From contig JACKDW010000001.1 of assembly GCA_020633295.1 (NCBI GenBank), positions 1,149,828-1,213,827 of the forward strand: a DNA stretch of 64,000 nucleotides, read 5' to 3'. Made by a program: the position numbers and the translations under genes. The notes under the pieces are model-generated. The model worked only from the letters and a program-made list of their open reading frames with translations. It did not search any database and was not told where the DNA came from. Shown here in pieces: positions 15,278-27,013 of this stretch; positions within the stretch are counted from its first letter, which is position 1, and each line of letters starts with the position of its first letter. Source of the stretch: Myxococcales bacterium (GTDB taxonomy: Bacteria > Myxococcota_A > Polyangia > Nannocystales > Nannocystaceae).

Positions 15278-15988
15278 TCACGGGCACGGCCGGTTGCACG
15301 CGTACACGTCGCCGCCGCAGTCGAGCATCTCGCCGGTGCACTGCGAGAACCCGCAGTTGGGGACCTCGCAGATCAGCAGGCAGCTCGCCTCGCCGACGCA
15401 CTGGATCATGTCGCAGCCCTCGTCCCCGCCGCAGGTGATCACGCAGTCGGAGGTCGAGGTGCACTGGATGTTGCAGGTGTGCGCGTCGATGCACGAGACC
15501 GCGCACTCGGCCGAGTTCCCGCACTGCACGCTGCAGCTGTCGGCGTTGTGACAGTCGAGCTCGCAGTCGCAGCCCGCGCAGTCGAGGTTGCACTCGAGCT
15601 CGCTGCACTGCTGCGCGTCGACGCAGGCGCCCGTGGTCGACGACGTCGTCGGCGCAGACGTCGTCGCGGCGCTCGTCATCACGGCGCTCGTCGCTGAGGT
15701 CGTCGTCATCGTCGCGGTCGCGGTCGCGGTCGCGGTCGCGGTCGTGGCCCCGCTCGTGGTGCCGCCGCTCGACGCGAGCGCGGTCGCCTCGCTCGCGCCG
15801 CCCGTGCCGCTCGTCGTCGCCGCGCTCGTCGCCGTCGCGCCGCTCGAGCCGCTCGTCGTCGCGGAGCTCGTCGCCGGGCCCGCGGTGGTCGCCGAGCCGC
15901 TCGAGCTCGACTCGTTGAACACCGGGTTGATATCCAGGCACGCCGCGCACAGCAGCGCGCACACGGCCCAGCGCGCGCGTCTCATCAC
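15278..15988 (-). CDS. Secreted cysteine-rich protein with S/T/A low-complexity linker and tandem Cx3-4C repeat module
   Basis: Signal/lipobox ALLCAACL. (AT)n dipeptide run from (gcgacc)n. C-terminus with about 28 Cys in 8-residue-period repeats (CSVQCGNSAECAVSCIDAHTCNIQCTSTSDCVITC...). Confidence 0.6.
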   Translation of the reverse strand: MMRRARWAVCALLCAACLDINPVFNESSSSGSATTAGPATSSATTSGSSGATATSAATTSGTGGASEATALASSGGTTSGATTATATATATATMTTTSATSAVMTSAATTSAPTTSSTTGACVDAQQCSELECNLDCAGCDCELDCHNADSCSVQCGNSAECAVSCIDAHTCNIQCTSTSDCVITCGGDEGCDMIQCVGEASCLLICEVPNCGFSQCTGEMLDCGGDVYACNRPCP

Positions 15989-16055
15989 GGTGAGTGTACC
16001 CGACTCCGCGCGCGCGAATACATGACTTTATGGTCATATCCCGGCGAGGCCGCCG

Positions 16056-19007
<2,952 letters not shown>

Positions 19008-19030
19008 CGGGTACTCATAACACGGGGCCC

Positions 19031-19126
19031 GACGCCGACAGGACCGCCGACAGGACCGCCGAGACGACCGCCGAGCCGACCGCCGAGACGACCGCCGAGA
19101 TGACCGCCGAGATGACCGCCGAGCCT
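19031..19126. repeat. 12-bp tandem repeat x8 (accgccga[g/c]a[c/g/t][g/c/t]) in the M16/thioesterase divergent region
   Basis: gacgccgacagg accgccgacagg accgccgagacg accgccgagccg accgccgagacg accgccgagatg accgccgagatg accgccgagcct. Confidence 0.85.
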
Positions 19127-19129
19127 CCC

Positions 19130-19558
19130 ATGTTCTCGCACCGGCTGCGCGTGCGCTACGCCGAGGTCGACGCCCAGGCGGTCGTCTACAACGCGCACTA
19201 CCTCATGTACTACGACATCGCGCTCGTCGAGTACCTGCGCGCCCAGGGCCTGCCCGAGCCCGCGACGCCGCCGGAGCCCGGGCGCGACTTCGTCGTCAAG
19301 CGCACGAGCCTCGAGTTCGACGCGCCGCTGCGCCTCGATGATCTGTTCGATGTTACATGTCGCGTCGCGCGGCTCGGCCGCAGCTCGATCACCTTCGCGC
19401 TCACGATCGTGCGCGCGGGCGAATCCACCCCGTGCAACCGCGGCGAGATCATCTGGGTCTACACCGACATGCAGCAGCGCCGCGCGTGCCCGATCCCGGC
19501 GCACCTGCGGGCGCTGCTGCTCGGCGCGGCGACCACGAGCGCGCCGGCGCGCCCGTGA
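19130..19558 (+). CDS. YbgC/4HBT-family acyl-CoA thioesterase (hotdog fold)
   Basis: MFSHRLRVRYAEVDAQAVVYNAHYLMYYD motif. ATG at 19130. The track ORF extends 5' through the tandem repeat, possibly not translated. Confidence 0.65.
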   Translation: MFSHRLRVRYAEVDAQAVVYNAHYLMYYDIALVEYLRAQGLPEPATPPEPGRDFVVKRTSLEFDAPLRLDDLFDVTCRVARLGRSSITFALTIVRAGESTPCNRGEIIWVYTDMQQRRACPIPAHLRALLLGAATTSAPARP

Positions 19559-19567
19559 TCGCGCGCG

Positions 19568-20266
19568 TCAGGCATCGATCACGCGCGCCGACGACGACCC
19601 GCGCACGGCCAGCAGCAAGCCGTCGTCGATCGACAGCACCGTCGAGCGGTAGCCGCTCCCGGGCGCCTCCAAGTAGGCGCGCAGCGGCCCCAGGTCGCGT
19701 TGAAACAGGCGCGCGTCGTCCACGAGCACCAGCGCGCCCGGGCGCAGGCGCGGCTCGAGGAGCGTGAGGAGCTCGCGCGCCAGCGGCGGGAAGCCGTCGA
19801 GGAGCAGCATGTCCACGGGCCCTGACTGCTGGGCCAGGGTCTCGCGGGCGTCGCCCTCCCGCAGCTCCACCCACTCCGCGACGCCGGCCTCCTCGAGATG
19901 GCGCCGCGCCGCCGCGGCCTTCTCGGGCACGATCTCGGAGCCGATCACGACGCCGCCGCCGTTATCGCGCACGGCGCAGGCCAAGTAGATGGTCGAGACC
20001 CCGAGGGACGTCCCGAACTCCACGACGCGCCGGGCTCCGCTCGCGCGCGCGAGCAGGTACAGGAGCGCGCCGACCTCGGGGCCGACCGGGATGAGCTTGT
20101 CGTCCAAGCGCGCGCTCGTGCCGGGCGAGAAGCGGATCCCGCGGCCCAGGAGCAGCGAGGGCAGCTGGCGCGCGTACAGCCACGCGAGCGCGGGCTGCTC
20201 GCCGCGCGCGCGCCTGTGAAGCCGGGTCAGCACGGCGTCGGATACAGGGTCGAGGGCCAGGGTCAT
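19568..20266 (-). CDS. Class I SAM-dependent O-methyltransferase (family 3, caffeoyl-CoA OMT-like)
   Basis: VVEFGTSLGVSTIYLA...LLLDG motifs. ATG at 20264-20266. Confidence 0.65.
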   Translation of the reverse strand: MTLALDPVSDAVLTRLHRRARGEQPALAWLYARQLPSLLLGRGIRFSPGTSARLDDKLIPVGPEVGALLYLLARASGARRVVEFGTSLGVSTIYLACAVRDNGGGVVIGSEIVPEKAAAARRHLEEAGVAEWVELREGDARETLAQQSGPVDMLLLDGFPPLARELLTLLEPRLRPGALVLVDDARLFQRDLGPLRAYLEAPGSGYRSTVLSIDDGLLLAVRGSSSARVIDA

Positions 20267-20374
20267 CGTCGTCTCCTCCGGAAGCGAGCCGCTCCCGAGA
20301 AGCGACTCGCGCTTCACGATAGACTCCGGGTCGCGTGCGTCACGTGCACATTCCTCAGCCAAGGAGTGCAAGAA

Positions 20375-21274
20375 GTGGAATCCGTCGACACCGGCCTGCT
20401 CGATCACCTGGAGGCGCTGCTCCACGCCGCGAGCGTCTCGGACGCGGCCAAGCAGCGCGGCCTGAGCCCGTCGGCGATGAGCCGCGTGCTCACGCGGCTG
20501 CGTGAGCAGCTCGGCGATCCCCTGCTCGTTCGGGCAGGTCACCGGCTGGTGCGGACCCCCCGGGCCGAGCGCCTGCGCGAGGAGCTGCCTGGACACCTCG
20601 ACGCCATCCGGCGGCTGCTCGCCAGGCCGACCGCGCGCCCGCGTCGCGGGCGACCGTTTCGCGTCCGCGCCGCGGACGCGGTCGCCGGCATGCTCGGGCC
20701 GCCGCTGCTGCGCGAGCTCGAGACCCAGCTCGCCGACGTCTCGCTGGTCTTCCTCGGGGAGGGCGACGAGAGCGTGGAGGCGCTGCGCGACGGCTCCGTC
20801 GATCTCGATCTCGGCGTGCAGGGGGAGCTCGGCGCCGAGATCGTCGTCCGCCCGCTGTTCGACGATCACATGGTCGGCCTGCAGCCGACGGCCGCCGAGC
20901 TCGATCACGCCGAGCTCGACGCCTACTGCGCCGCCGAGCACGTCGTCGTCTCGCGTCGCGGCTGCGCGCGCGGCCCGGTCGACGAGCGGCTCGCGGCGCT
21001 GGGGCGCTCACGGCGGGTGCCGCTCGTCGTCGGCAGCTACCACGACGCGGCGAGGATCACCGCGACCGCCGGCTTCCTCGCCATGCTGCCGGCGAGCCTC
21101 GCCAAGACGATGCAGACCTACCTGCCCGTGCGCGCGTTCTCGCTCCCGGTCCCGACGCCGCCGATCCACTTCGCGGCTGCCTGGCACCCGCGGTTCCAGG
21201 ACGACCCCTGCCACCGGGCGCTGCGCGAGGCGCTGCTTCACCTCGTCGCCCGCGTCCGGCCGACGATCGCGTAA
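20375..21274 (+). CDS. LysR-family transcriptional regulator
   Basis: HTH LEALLHAASVSDAAKQRGLSPSAMSRVLTRLREQLGDPLLVR. Substrate-binding domain. AAGGAG RBS 8 nt before GTG. Divergent from the OMT. Confidence 0.75.
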   Translation: MESVDTGLLDHLEALLHAASVSDAAKQRGLSPSAMSRVLTRLREQLGDPLLVRAGHRLVRTPRAERLREELPGHLDAIRRLLARPTARPRRGRPFRVRAADAVAGMLGPPLLRELETQLADVSLVFLGEGDESVEALRDGSVDLDLGVQGELGAEIVVRPLFDDHMVGLQPTAAELDHAELDAYCAAEHVVVSRRGCARGPVDERLAALGRSRRVPLVVGSYHDAARITATAGFLAMLPASLAKTMQTYLPVRAFSLPVPTPPIHFAAAWHPRFQDDPCHRALREALLHLVARVRPTIA

Positions 21275-21355
21275 TCGCGCGCGCTCGGTGTATGTGCACG
21301 AACCGACGCCGAGCACATTGCGCACATCACGCATGCGCGCTTCGGTATCGTCCGC

Positions 21356-22030
21356 GTGATGCTGCTCTCCACGCGACGACTGGCGCCCCTCTGTGTTCTG
21401 CTCCTCACCGCCGCGCCGGCCTGTGACGGCGGCAAGAAAGACGACGCGAAGGCCGAGACCAAGACCGACGCGAAGGCCGACGAGAAGGCGGCGGACGCGA
21501 AGGCCGACGAGGCCGACGACAAGAAGGAGCCGAAGACCCTCGAGCCGGGCAAGGTCGAGCTGCCCTGGACCTGGGAGCGCGTCTCCGGCTCCTTCGAGAT
21601 GGGGATGGAGTTCACCTACGACCTCTCGGGCACCGACGCCAAGGGCAAGGAGCTCAAGGACCAGTTCCTCTGCAAGATCCCCAAGGCCAACGACAAGGAG
21701 GTCGGCGTCGTCTGCAACACGGTCGAGAAGCCGAGCAAGGACAAGGGCGCCGGCCAGGTCGCCACGCTCACGTGGTCCGAGTTCAGCCCGATGTTCTCCG
21801 TCGAGAAGCCGACCCACGAGCTCAAGAGCCGCGAGACCATCACGGTCCCGGCCGGCGAGTTCGACTGCGTCGTCGCGGACCTCAAGGACTTCTTCGGCAA
21901 GCAGCTGACCGTCTGGATGATCGTCGACAAGCCCGGCGTCTACGCCAAGGTCATCGAGACCATGCCGAACGCCGAGGACGACAAGACCAACAAGGTCTAC
22001 GAGCTCGCGGCGATCAAGACCGCCGAGTGA
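21356..22030 (+). CDS. Lipoprotein of unknown function with Lys/Asp/Ala-rich N-terminal linker
   Basis: Lipobox LLTAAPACDGG. KKDDAKAETKTDAKADEKAADAKADEADDKK. Locally lower GC. Confidence 0.6.
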   Translation: MMLLSTRRLAPLCVLLLTAAPACDGGKKDDAKAETKTDAKADEKAADAKADEADDKKEPKTLEPGKVELPWTWERVSGSFEMGMEFTYDLSGTDAKGKELKDQFLCKIPKANDKEVGVVCNTVEKPSKDKGAGQVATLTWSEFSPMFSVEKPTHELKSRETITVPAGEFDCVVADLKDFFGKQLTVWMIVDKPGVYAKVIETMPNAEDDKTNKVYELAAIKTAE

Positions 22031-22039
22031 GCGCCGGCG

Positions 22040-22064
22040 TAGCGCCTGACCATTCAGTCAGGCG
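22040..22064. terminator. Perfect 9-bp-stem hairpin between convergent genes (putative bidirectional terminator)
   Basis: gcgcctgac-cattca-gtcaggcgc. Confidence 0.5.
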
Positions 22065-22081
22065 CGCCGCCTGCCGCCCGA

Positions 22082-23023
22082 TCAGTCGCCGGGGCCGGGG
22101 ACGAAGTCCGGGTCGTTCGTCACGATGATGCGCGCGACCGCGACGGACTCGCGGAAGCTGAGCACCACCTCGTGCGGGCCCGCCGCCCAGTCCTGCGGCC
22201 ACGGGTCCTCGACGTACTCACACGGTCCGCCGTCCTCGGCCCGCCAGTTGATGTCGTTCCAGCCGTAGTTGCCCTGCATCCCGCCGTCGTTCTCGCAGTC
22301 GCCTTCGAAGATCGCGATCTCCTCGGGCTGCCCGTCGAGCTTGATGAAGTACGAGTCGGCCGACCCCTGGTTGAAGTAGCGCACCCAGATCCAGTAGCTG
22401 TCGCTGCACGGGACCTCCGGCGTCCAGACCACGCCGTTGTCGACGGGCTCGTTGCCCCCCTGCCACGTCGCGATCGCGCCCTCGCCCACCATGCTCATGG
22501 CGTGCTCCCAGCCGCCGAAGACCTCGGCCGCGTCGCCGTCGAGCGTGATCTTGACCGGCGGGTCATCGGGCGCGCACGCGTCACCGTCGCCGTCTCCATC
22601 TCCGTCGCCGTCTCCGTCGCCGTCTCCATCTCCGTCGCCGTCTCCGTCGCCGTCTCCGTCACCGTCGCCGACCGTGTCGGTCTCGCCGCCCAGGCACTCG
22701 CACGGCCCGTAGCCCGCGCCGTCGTCGTCGCAGACCTGCGCACCGTTGCCGCCGTCCGGACAAGCGCAGCCGACGCTCATCCCCGGCACACAGACGTCGC
22801 TGCCCGTGGACGCGTTGCCGGAGTCGGTGCCCGCCGACGGATCGCCGCTCGTGCTGCCGTCGGTGGACTCGCCGGTCTCCTCGCCGTCGGTGTCCGTGTC
22901 GGTGTCGGTGTCCGAGTCGGTGTCGGGCGCGGACGTGCTCGAGCCCGAGTCCCCGCAGGACGCCAGCAGCGGGAGCGCGAGACAGGCGTGTACAAACAAC
23001 CTCTTGATGTTTCGATCAACCAT
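22082..23023 (-). CDS. (GD)n-repeat lipoprotein with C-terminal globular domain (unknown function)
   Basis: Lipobox LPLLASCGDS. (TD)n. Cys-rich block. (GD)15 from (gacggc)n hexamer tract. Trp-rich C-domain. Confidence 0.65.
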   Translation of the reverse strand: MVDRNIKRLFVHACLALPLLASCGDSGSSTSAPDTDSDTDTDTDTDGEETGESTDGSTSGDPSAGTDSGNASTGSDVCVPGMSVGCACPDGGNGAQVCDDDGAGYGPCECLGGETDTVGDGDGDGDGDGDGDGDGDGDGDGDGDGDGDACAPDDPPVKITLDGDAAEVFGGWEHAMSMVGEGAIATWQGGNEPVDNGVVWTPEVPCSDSYWIWVRYFNQGSADSYFIKLDGQPEEIAIFEGDCENDGGMQGNYGWNDINWRAEDGGPCEYVEDPWPQDWAAGPHEVVLSFRESVAVARIIVTNDPDFVPGPGD

Positions 23024-23174
23024 CGCGGCGAATGATACGAGAACTGCTGAGCGCCCGAAATTCCCGCCCTTCACCGGGTAGCCAGGACGCGGACGTCAGC
23101 ACGCCGGCGAGGTTGTAGGAACAACGATTCATCGCGGCCGCGCCGACGCGATCGCGCCAGGGCGCGACCCTGCG

Positions 23175-24596
23175 CTACTCGGGGTCGCCGCGCGAGGCCG
23201 CGACGAGCTGCGCGAGCGCGACGAGCTCGTCGTGAATCCAGCGACGCTCGCGTCGCAGCGCCTCGACCCGATCCCGCCGCCGCCACGACAGCAGGCGCAC
23301 ACGCATCACGCCGATGAGGCGCTCGAGCGCCTCAAAGAACAGCAGCGCCGCGTAGCCGAGCAGCGGCGCCAACGAGCCGATGACCACGCCGCGCCAGGCC
23401 GACGTCACGACGGCCGCGAGCGCGCCGATCGCGACCCAGGTCACCGGGAACAGCAGCATCGCGGTGAGCACCTTGATCGTCGCGATCATGTCGTCCTCGT
23501 CGCGCGCGAACCGGACCGCGAGCACGCCGATCAGGCGGTAGGCCGGGTAGTGCAGCGCGGCGCCGAGCAGCGCGAAGGGGGCGAGCAGCGCGAGCCCGAA
23601 CGCCTGCGCGCGGAGCGAGGCGACGCGTCGACCTGGGCGCGGCGCGTCGAGCCCCGCGTCGAGCCCGACGTCGAGCCCCGCGTCGAGCCCCGCGCCGAAG
23701 CCCGCGAGCCCGACCGAGCGCAGCGCGTCCTCGTGCTGCTCGAGTCGGAGCACGAGCTGGTCAACGCGCGCACGGTGCCGCTCCTTGAGCTCGTGGTAGC
23801 CCTCGAGGATCCGGCGACGCAGTTCGAAGCGCTCGCCCGCAGCCGGTCGCGCGGCCGCGCCGGCTGACGCCGCGACCGACGACAGGATCCGCTCCGCGCG
23901 GTCGGCCAGCGCGAGCGCCTCGGCCTGCTCGGCCTGGACGACCACGTCCGCGAGCGCGCGCTCGAGGCGGGCGGTCAAGCGCGCGACCGCCTCGCGCGGC
24001 GGCTCGACGCCGGCCTCCAGCGGCCCTGACGCGATCGGCTCGACCTGGATCGGCGCGCCGAAGTAGAGCAGCGCGGCGCTGCGGAACACGTGCTTGTTGG
24101 CGTAGTCCAGGCCCACCGGCACGATCACCAAGTCGGTCAGCCCCGCGCCGAGCGCGATGCGAGCGGCGCCCGTGCGCAGCGGCTTGAGCTGGGGCGCGGA
24201 GTGAGACACGCCCTCCGGGAAGATCGCGATCGAGCCGCCCCGCTGCAGCACCTCGCGCGCGACCGCGAAGGTCCGCGTGTTGTCGACTGCGCCGCCCTGG
24301 CTGTCCTGCCGACGCGCGACCGGGATCGAGTCGACGCCGCGGACCATCGCGCTGACGACGGGGATCGAGAACAGCGTCGACTTGGCGAGGAAGGAGACCG
24401 GGCGCGGCAGCGAGATCAACGCGATCCCGGGGTCGACGAGCGCGTTGGGGTGGTTGAGCACGAACATCACCGGGCCGCGCGCCGGCACGCGCTCGACGCC
24501 GACGCGATCGATCCGGCGAAAGAACACGCGCAGCGCGAGGCTGATGACGCCGCGCAGCGCTCGGCGAGCCGCTGTCTGGGGTGGCTGTCCGCGCAC
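23175..24596 (-). CDS. Lysophospholipid/1-acyl-glycerol-3-phosphate acyltransferase (LPLAT/PlsC family) with C-terminal TM extension
   Basis: HX4D motif NHPNALVD. FPEG motif. Hydrophobic C-terminal segments. Confidence 0.7.
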   Translation of the reverse strand: MRGQPPQTAARRALRGVISLALRVFFRRIDRVGVERVPARGPVMFVLNHPNALVDPGIALISLPRPVSFLAKSTLFSIPVVSAMVRGVDSIPVARRQDSQGGAVDNTRTFAVAREVLQRGGSIAIFPEGVSHSAPQLKPLRTGAARIALGAGLTDLVIVPVGLDYANKHVFRSAALLYFGAPIQVEPIASGPLEAGVEPPREAVARLTARLERALADVVVQAEQAEALALADRAERILSSVAASAGAAARPAAGERFELRRRILEGYHELKERHRARVDQLVLRLEQHEDALRSVGLAGFGAGLDAGLDVGLDAGLDAPRPGRRVASLRAQAFGLALLAPFALLGAALHYPAYRLIGVLAVRFARDEDDMIATIKVLTAMLLFPVTWVAIGALAAVVTSAWRGVVIGSLAPLLGYAALLFFEALERLIGVMRVRLLSWRRRDRVEALRRERRWIHDELVALAQLVAASRGDPE

Positions 24597-24636
24597 GCGC
24601 GCGTGAGTATCGCGAGGATCCCCGCTGTCTAAAAGG

Positions 24637-26115
24637 TCAGTCTCCGCGATCGGCCGCGAGGATGAACTGCGCGTAGAATCGAACGCCCCCGGCGAGATCC
24701 TCGATCGGGATGCGCTCGTTGAGCCCGTGGAAGCGGTGGTTGTCCTCGGGCTCGAAGCGCAGCGGGCTGAAGCGGTAGCTGTCGTCGGCGATCTCCTCGT
24801 AGAAGCGCGAGTCCGTGCCGCCGATCACGAGGCCCGGGACCGTCACGACCTCGGGGTAGGTCCGCGCGAGCGCGCGCCGGACCGCGAGAAAGCCCGGGCC
24901 GTCGGCCGCGCTGACGCGCGTCGGGTCGCGGCCGCCGGGGAGCGGCTCGAGCTCGATCGCCGGGTCCGGGACCACGCGGCGGACATGCGCGAGCACGTCC
25001 TCGATCGTCTCCCCCGGGAGGATGCGGTGGTTGATCACGACGCTCGCTACGCCCGGGAGCACGTTGTCCTTCACCCCGCCGTCGATCATCGTGAACGCGG
25101 TCGTCGTCCGGATCATCGCGTCGGTCGCCGGGCGCGACGCGAGCAGGCGGAGGATCAGCGGGTCGAACAGCCAGCGGTTCGCGAACACCGCGCGCATGCC
25201 GAAGCTCATCTCGGGCGCGAGCGCGTCGAACAGCAGCCCCGTCGGCGGTCGCAGATCCGCCGGGAGCGGGTGATCGCGGAGCTGCTGGATCGCGTCCGCC
25301 AGCGTCGTGATCGATCCCGCCCGCGCCGGGATCGAGCTGTGTCCGCTCTCGCTCCGTACGCGCAGCCTGACCGAGAGGTAGCCCTTCTCCGCGACGCCGA
25401 CCAGCGCGACCGGGGCGGCGATCGGCATCTGCCGCTCGAGGATCAGCATGCCCTCGTCGAGCGTGAATTCGAGCCGCACGTCGCGTGACCGCAGGCGCTC
25501 GACGATGGCGCGCGCGCCCCCGCCGTCGCCCTCCTCATCATGCCCAAAGGCCAGATAGATCGTGCGCCGCGGCTGCGCGCCGCTCTCGAGCAGCTGCTCG
25601 ACCGCCTGCAGGATCGAGATCACCGAGTTCTTGTTGTCGACCGCGCCGCGACCCCAGACGAAGCCGCCCGCGACCGCGCCGGAGAACGGGGGCTGCTCCC
25701 ACTCGGCGAGCTCGTTGGGATCCACGGGCACCACGTCGAGGTGGGCCAAGATCGCGATCGGGCGCGCGGCGGGATCGCTGCCGCGCCACGTGTAGAGGAG
25801 GCTGTAGTCGGCGACGACCTCGCGCGTGAGCGTCGCGTGCACGCGCGGGAAGCTGCGCTCGAGGTGGTCGTGCAGCGCGAGCAACGGCTCGCGCGCGGGC
25901 GGGGCGTCCGGGCGCGTGACGGTCTCGAGGCGCAGCGCGCCCGCGAGCTTGTCGGCCACCGCGTCCACGTCGACGGTGAGCTCCTCGCCGGGCGTCACCT
26001 CGAAGGGGATCGGGCGCACGCTCGCGGCTCGAATGATGACGATCACGAGCAGGACCGCGACCGCCGCGATCACGACGCGCCCCCCCCGGCGAAGCAGTCT
26101 CTTGAATCGCTCCAT
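24637..26115 (-). CDS. M20-family metallopeptidase (carboxypeptidase/dipeptidase-like), membrane-anchored or secreted
   Basis: ILAHLDVVPV...GRGAVDNK...HDEEG motifs. N-terminal TM/signal. Confidence 0.7.
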   Translation of the reverse strand: MERFKRLLRRGGRVVIAAVAVLLVIVIIRAASVRPIPFEVTPGEELTVDVDAVADKLAGALRLETVTRPDAPPAREPLLALHDHLERSFPRVHATLTREVVADYSLLYTWRGSDPAARPIAILAHLDVVPVDPNELAEWEQPPFSGAVAGGFVWGRGAVDNKNSVISILQAVEQLLESGAQPRRTIYLAFGHDEEGDGGGARAIVERLRSRDVRLEFTLDEGMLILERQMPIAAPVALVGVAEKGYLSVRLRVRSESGHSSIPARAGSITTLADAIQQLRDHPLPADLRPPTGLLFDALAPEMSFGMRAVFANRWLFDPLILRLLASRPATDAMIRTTTAFTMIDGGVKDNVLPGVASVVINHRILPGETIEDVLAHVRRVVPDPAIELEPLPGGRDPTRVSAADGPGFLAVRRALARTYPEVVTVPGLVIGGTDSRFYEEIADDSYRFSPLRFEPEDNHRFHGLNERIPIEDLAGGVRFYAQFILAADRGD

Positions 26116-26146
26116 CGAACGCCCGCACCAGTGTACGTGACGCGAG

Positions 26147-26184
26147 ACGTCAAACACCCCGCCTCGAGGACCTCGAAGGCGGGG
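26147..26184. terminator. 12-bp-stem GC-rich hairpin downstream of the histone-fold gene
   Basis: aaacaccccgcc-tcgaggacctcga-ggcggggtgttt perfect inverted repeat. Confidence 0.55.
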
Positions 26185-26363
26185 TGTTTAACAGGATCGA
26201 CTCGACGGGGGCTGCCCCGTTCGGGTCTTCGCGCTCACCGGAGTGGAAACGCTCCGTCTCGGTGATACGGGAGCCAGGTGTTTCCTTCGGTCACCCCGGA
26301 CCGGGGCGCGCGCGAACCCGGGCAGCGAGCCCTGTCTCGTGCGGCGAAGGGACCGGCTGGGCG

Positions 26364-26551
26364 CTAGACGTCGTGCGGGCGGACCGTGCTGCGGTTGTTG
26401 CTCTTGCAGCGAACGATGGCCTGCTGAAGCAGCTGATGGACCTTCTCGGACACAGCTGAGACCAACTCACCGTCGCTGCGCATACCGGCCTGGCGGATCA
26501 CATCCCTGACCTTGCTGCCCACGACAAGAGTCTCCTTGTTGTTATTTGCCA
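26364..26551 (-). CDS. Small bacterial histone-fold (DUF1931-like) protein, 62 aa
   Basis: MANNNKETLVVGSKVRDVIRQAGMRSDGELVSAVSEKVHQLLQQAIVRCKSNNRSTVRPHDV has helix-loop-helix-loop-helix spacing and a C-terminal RxTVxxxDV resembling archaeal/bacterial histone folds. Sits in a locally AT-rich island. Confidence 0.5.
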
Positions 26552-27013
26552 TTGCGGTGTTCTTTCGTTCTTCGCTGTCGAATGAGAGGGTGGTAGCGGT
26601 TTCATGGGCCGGAGCGAGAGTCCGACACACCGCGACGCACCATAAACCCGTTCTACGCGCCTGCAAAGCCCCAGGAGACGCAAAAATCGAAAAAAGTGCT
26701 GCGATCGGCAGTCGCAGGGGGTGCATCTTCATCGTCTGCAGGCCCCACCTGGGGGGTTCTCGGCGTCACCTCGTGCCGTCATCACCCCCCGAAGCGCAGC
26801 CCTCGAGTTGTACGAGCATGCACTCCGCGTCCTCCCTCGCCCCCCGCCAAATCGCCCCACAAACGACGATCTCGGCGGTTTCGCGGGACATGTCGGACCG
26901 GCCTCGACGCGCCTTCGGCCCGACCGCGACCCGACCTCAACCACCTCGACCCTCAACCCGAACGTATCGGGCGCGTCGGAGCTCGTGGATGGTCGGCACG
27001 ACGATCTCGTCGT

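Noticed and set aside
22570-22665. Regular hexamer arrays (gacggc)n at about 22570-22665, 40690-40795 and 62320-62380 considered as possible CRISPR-like or satellite arrays
   Set aside because: Units are 6 bp with no spacers. They are in-frame inside lipoprotein genes, encoding Gly-Asp repeats. They are coding microsatellites, not CRISPR.
26364-26732. 122-aa version of the histone-fold ORF
   Set aside because: The extra N-terminal 60 residues are hydrophobic and Arg-rich and are encoded by the AT-rich promoter-like region. An internal ATG with MANNNKE gives a compact histone-fold-sized protein.
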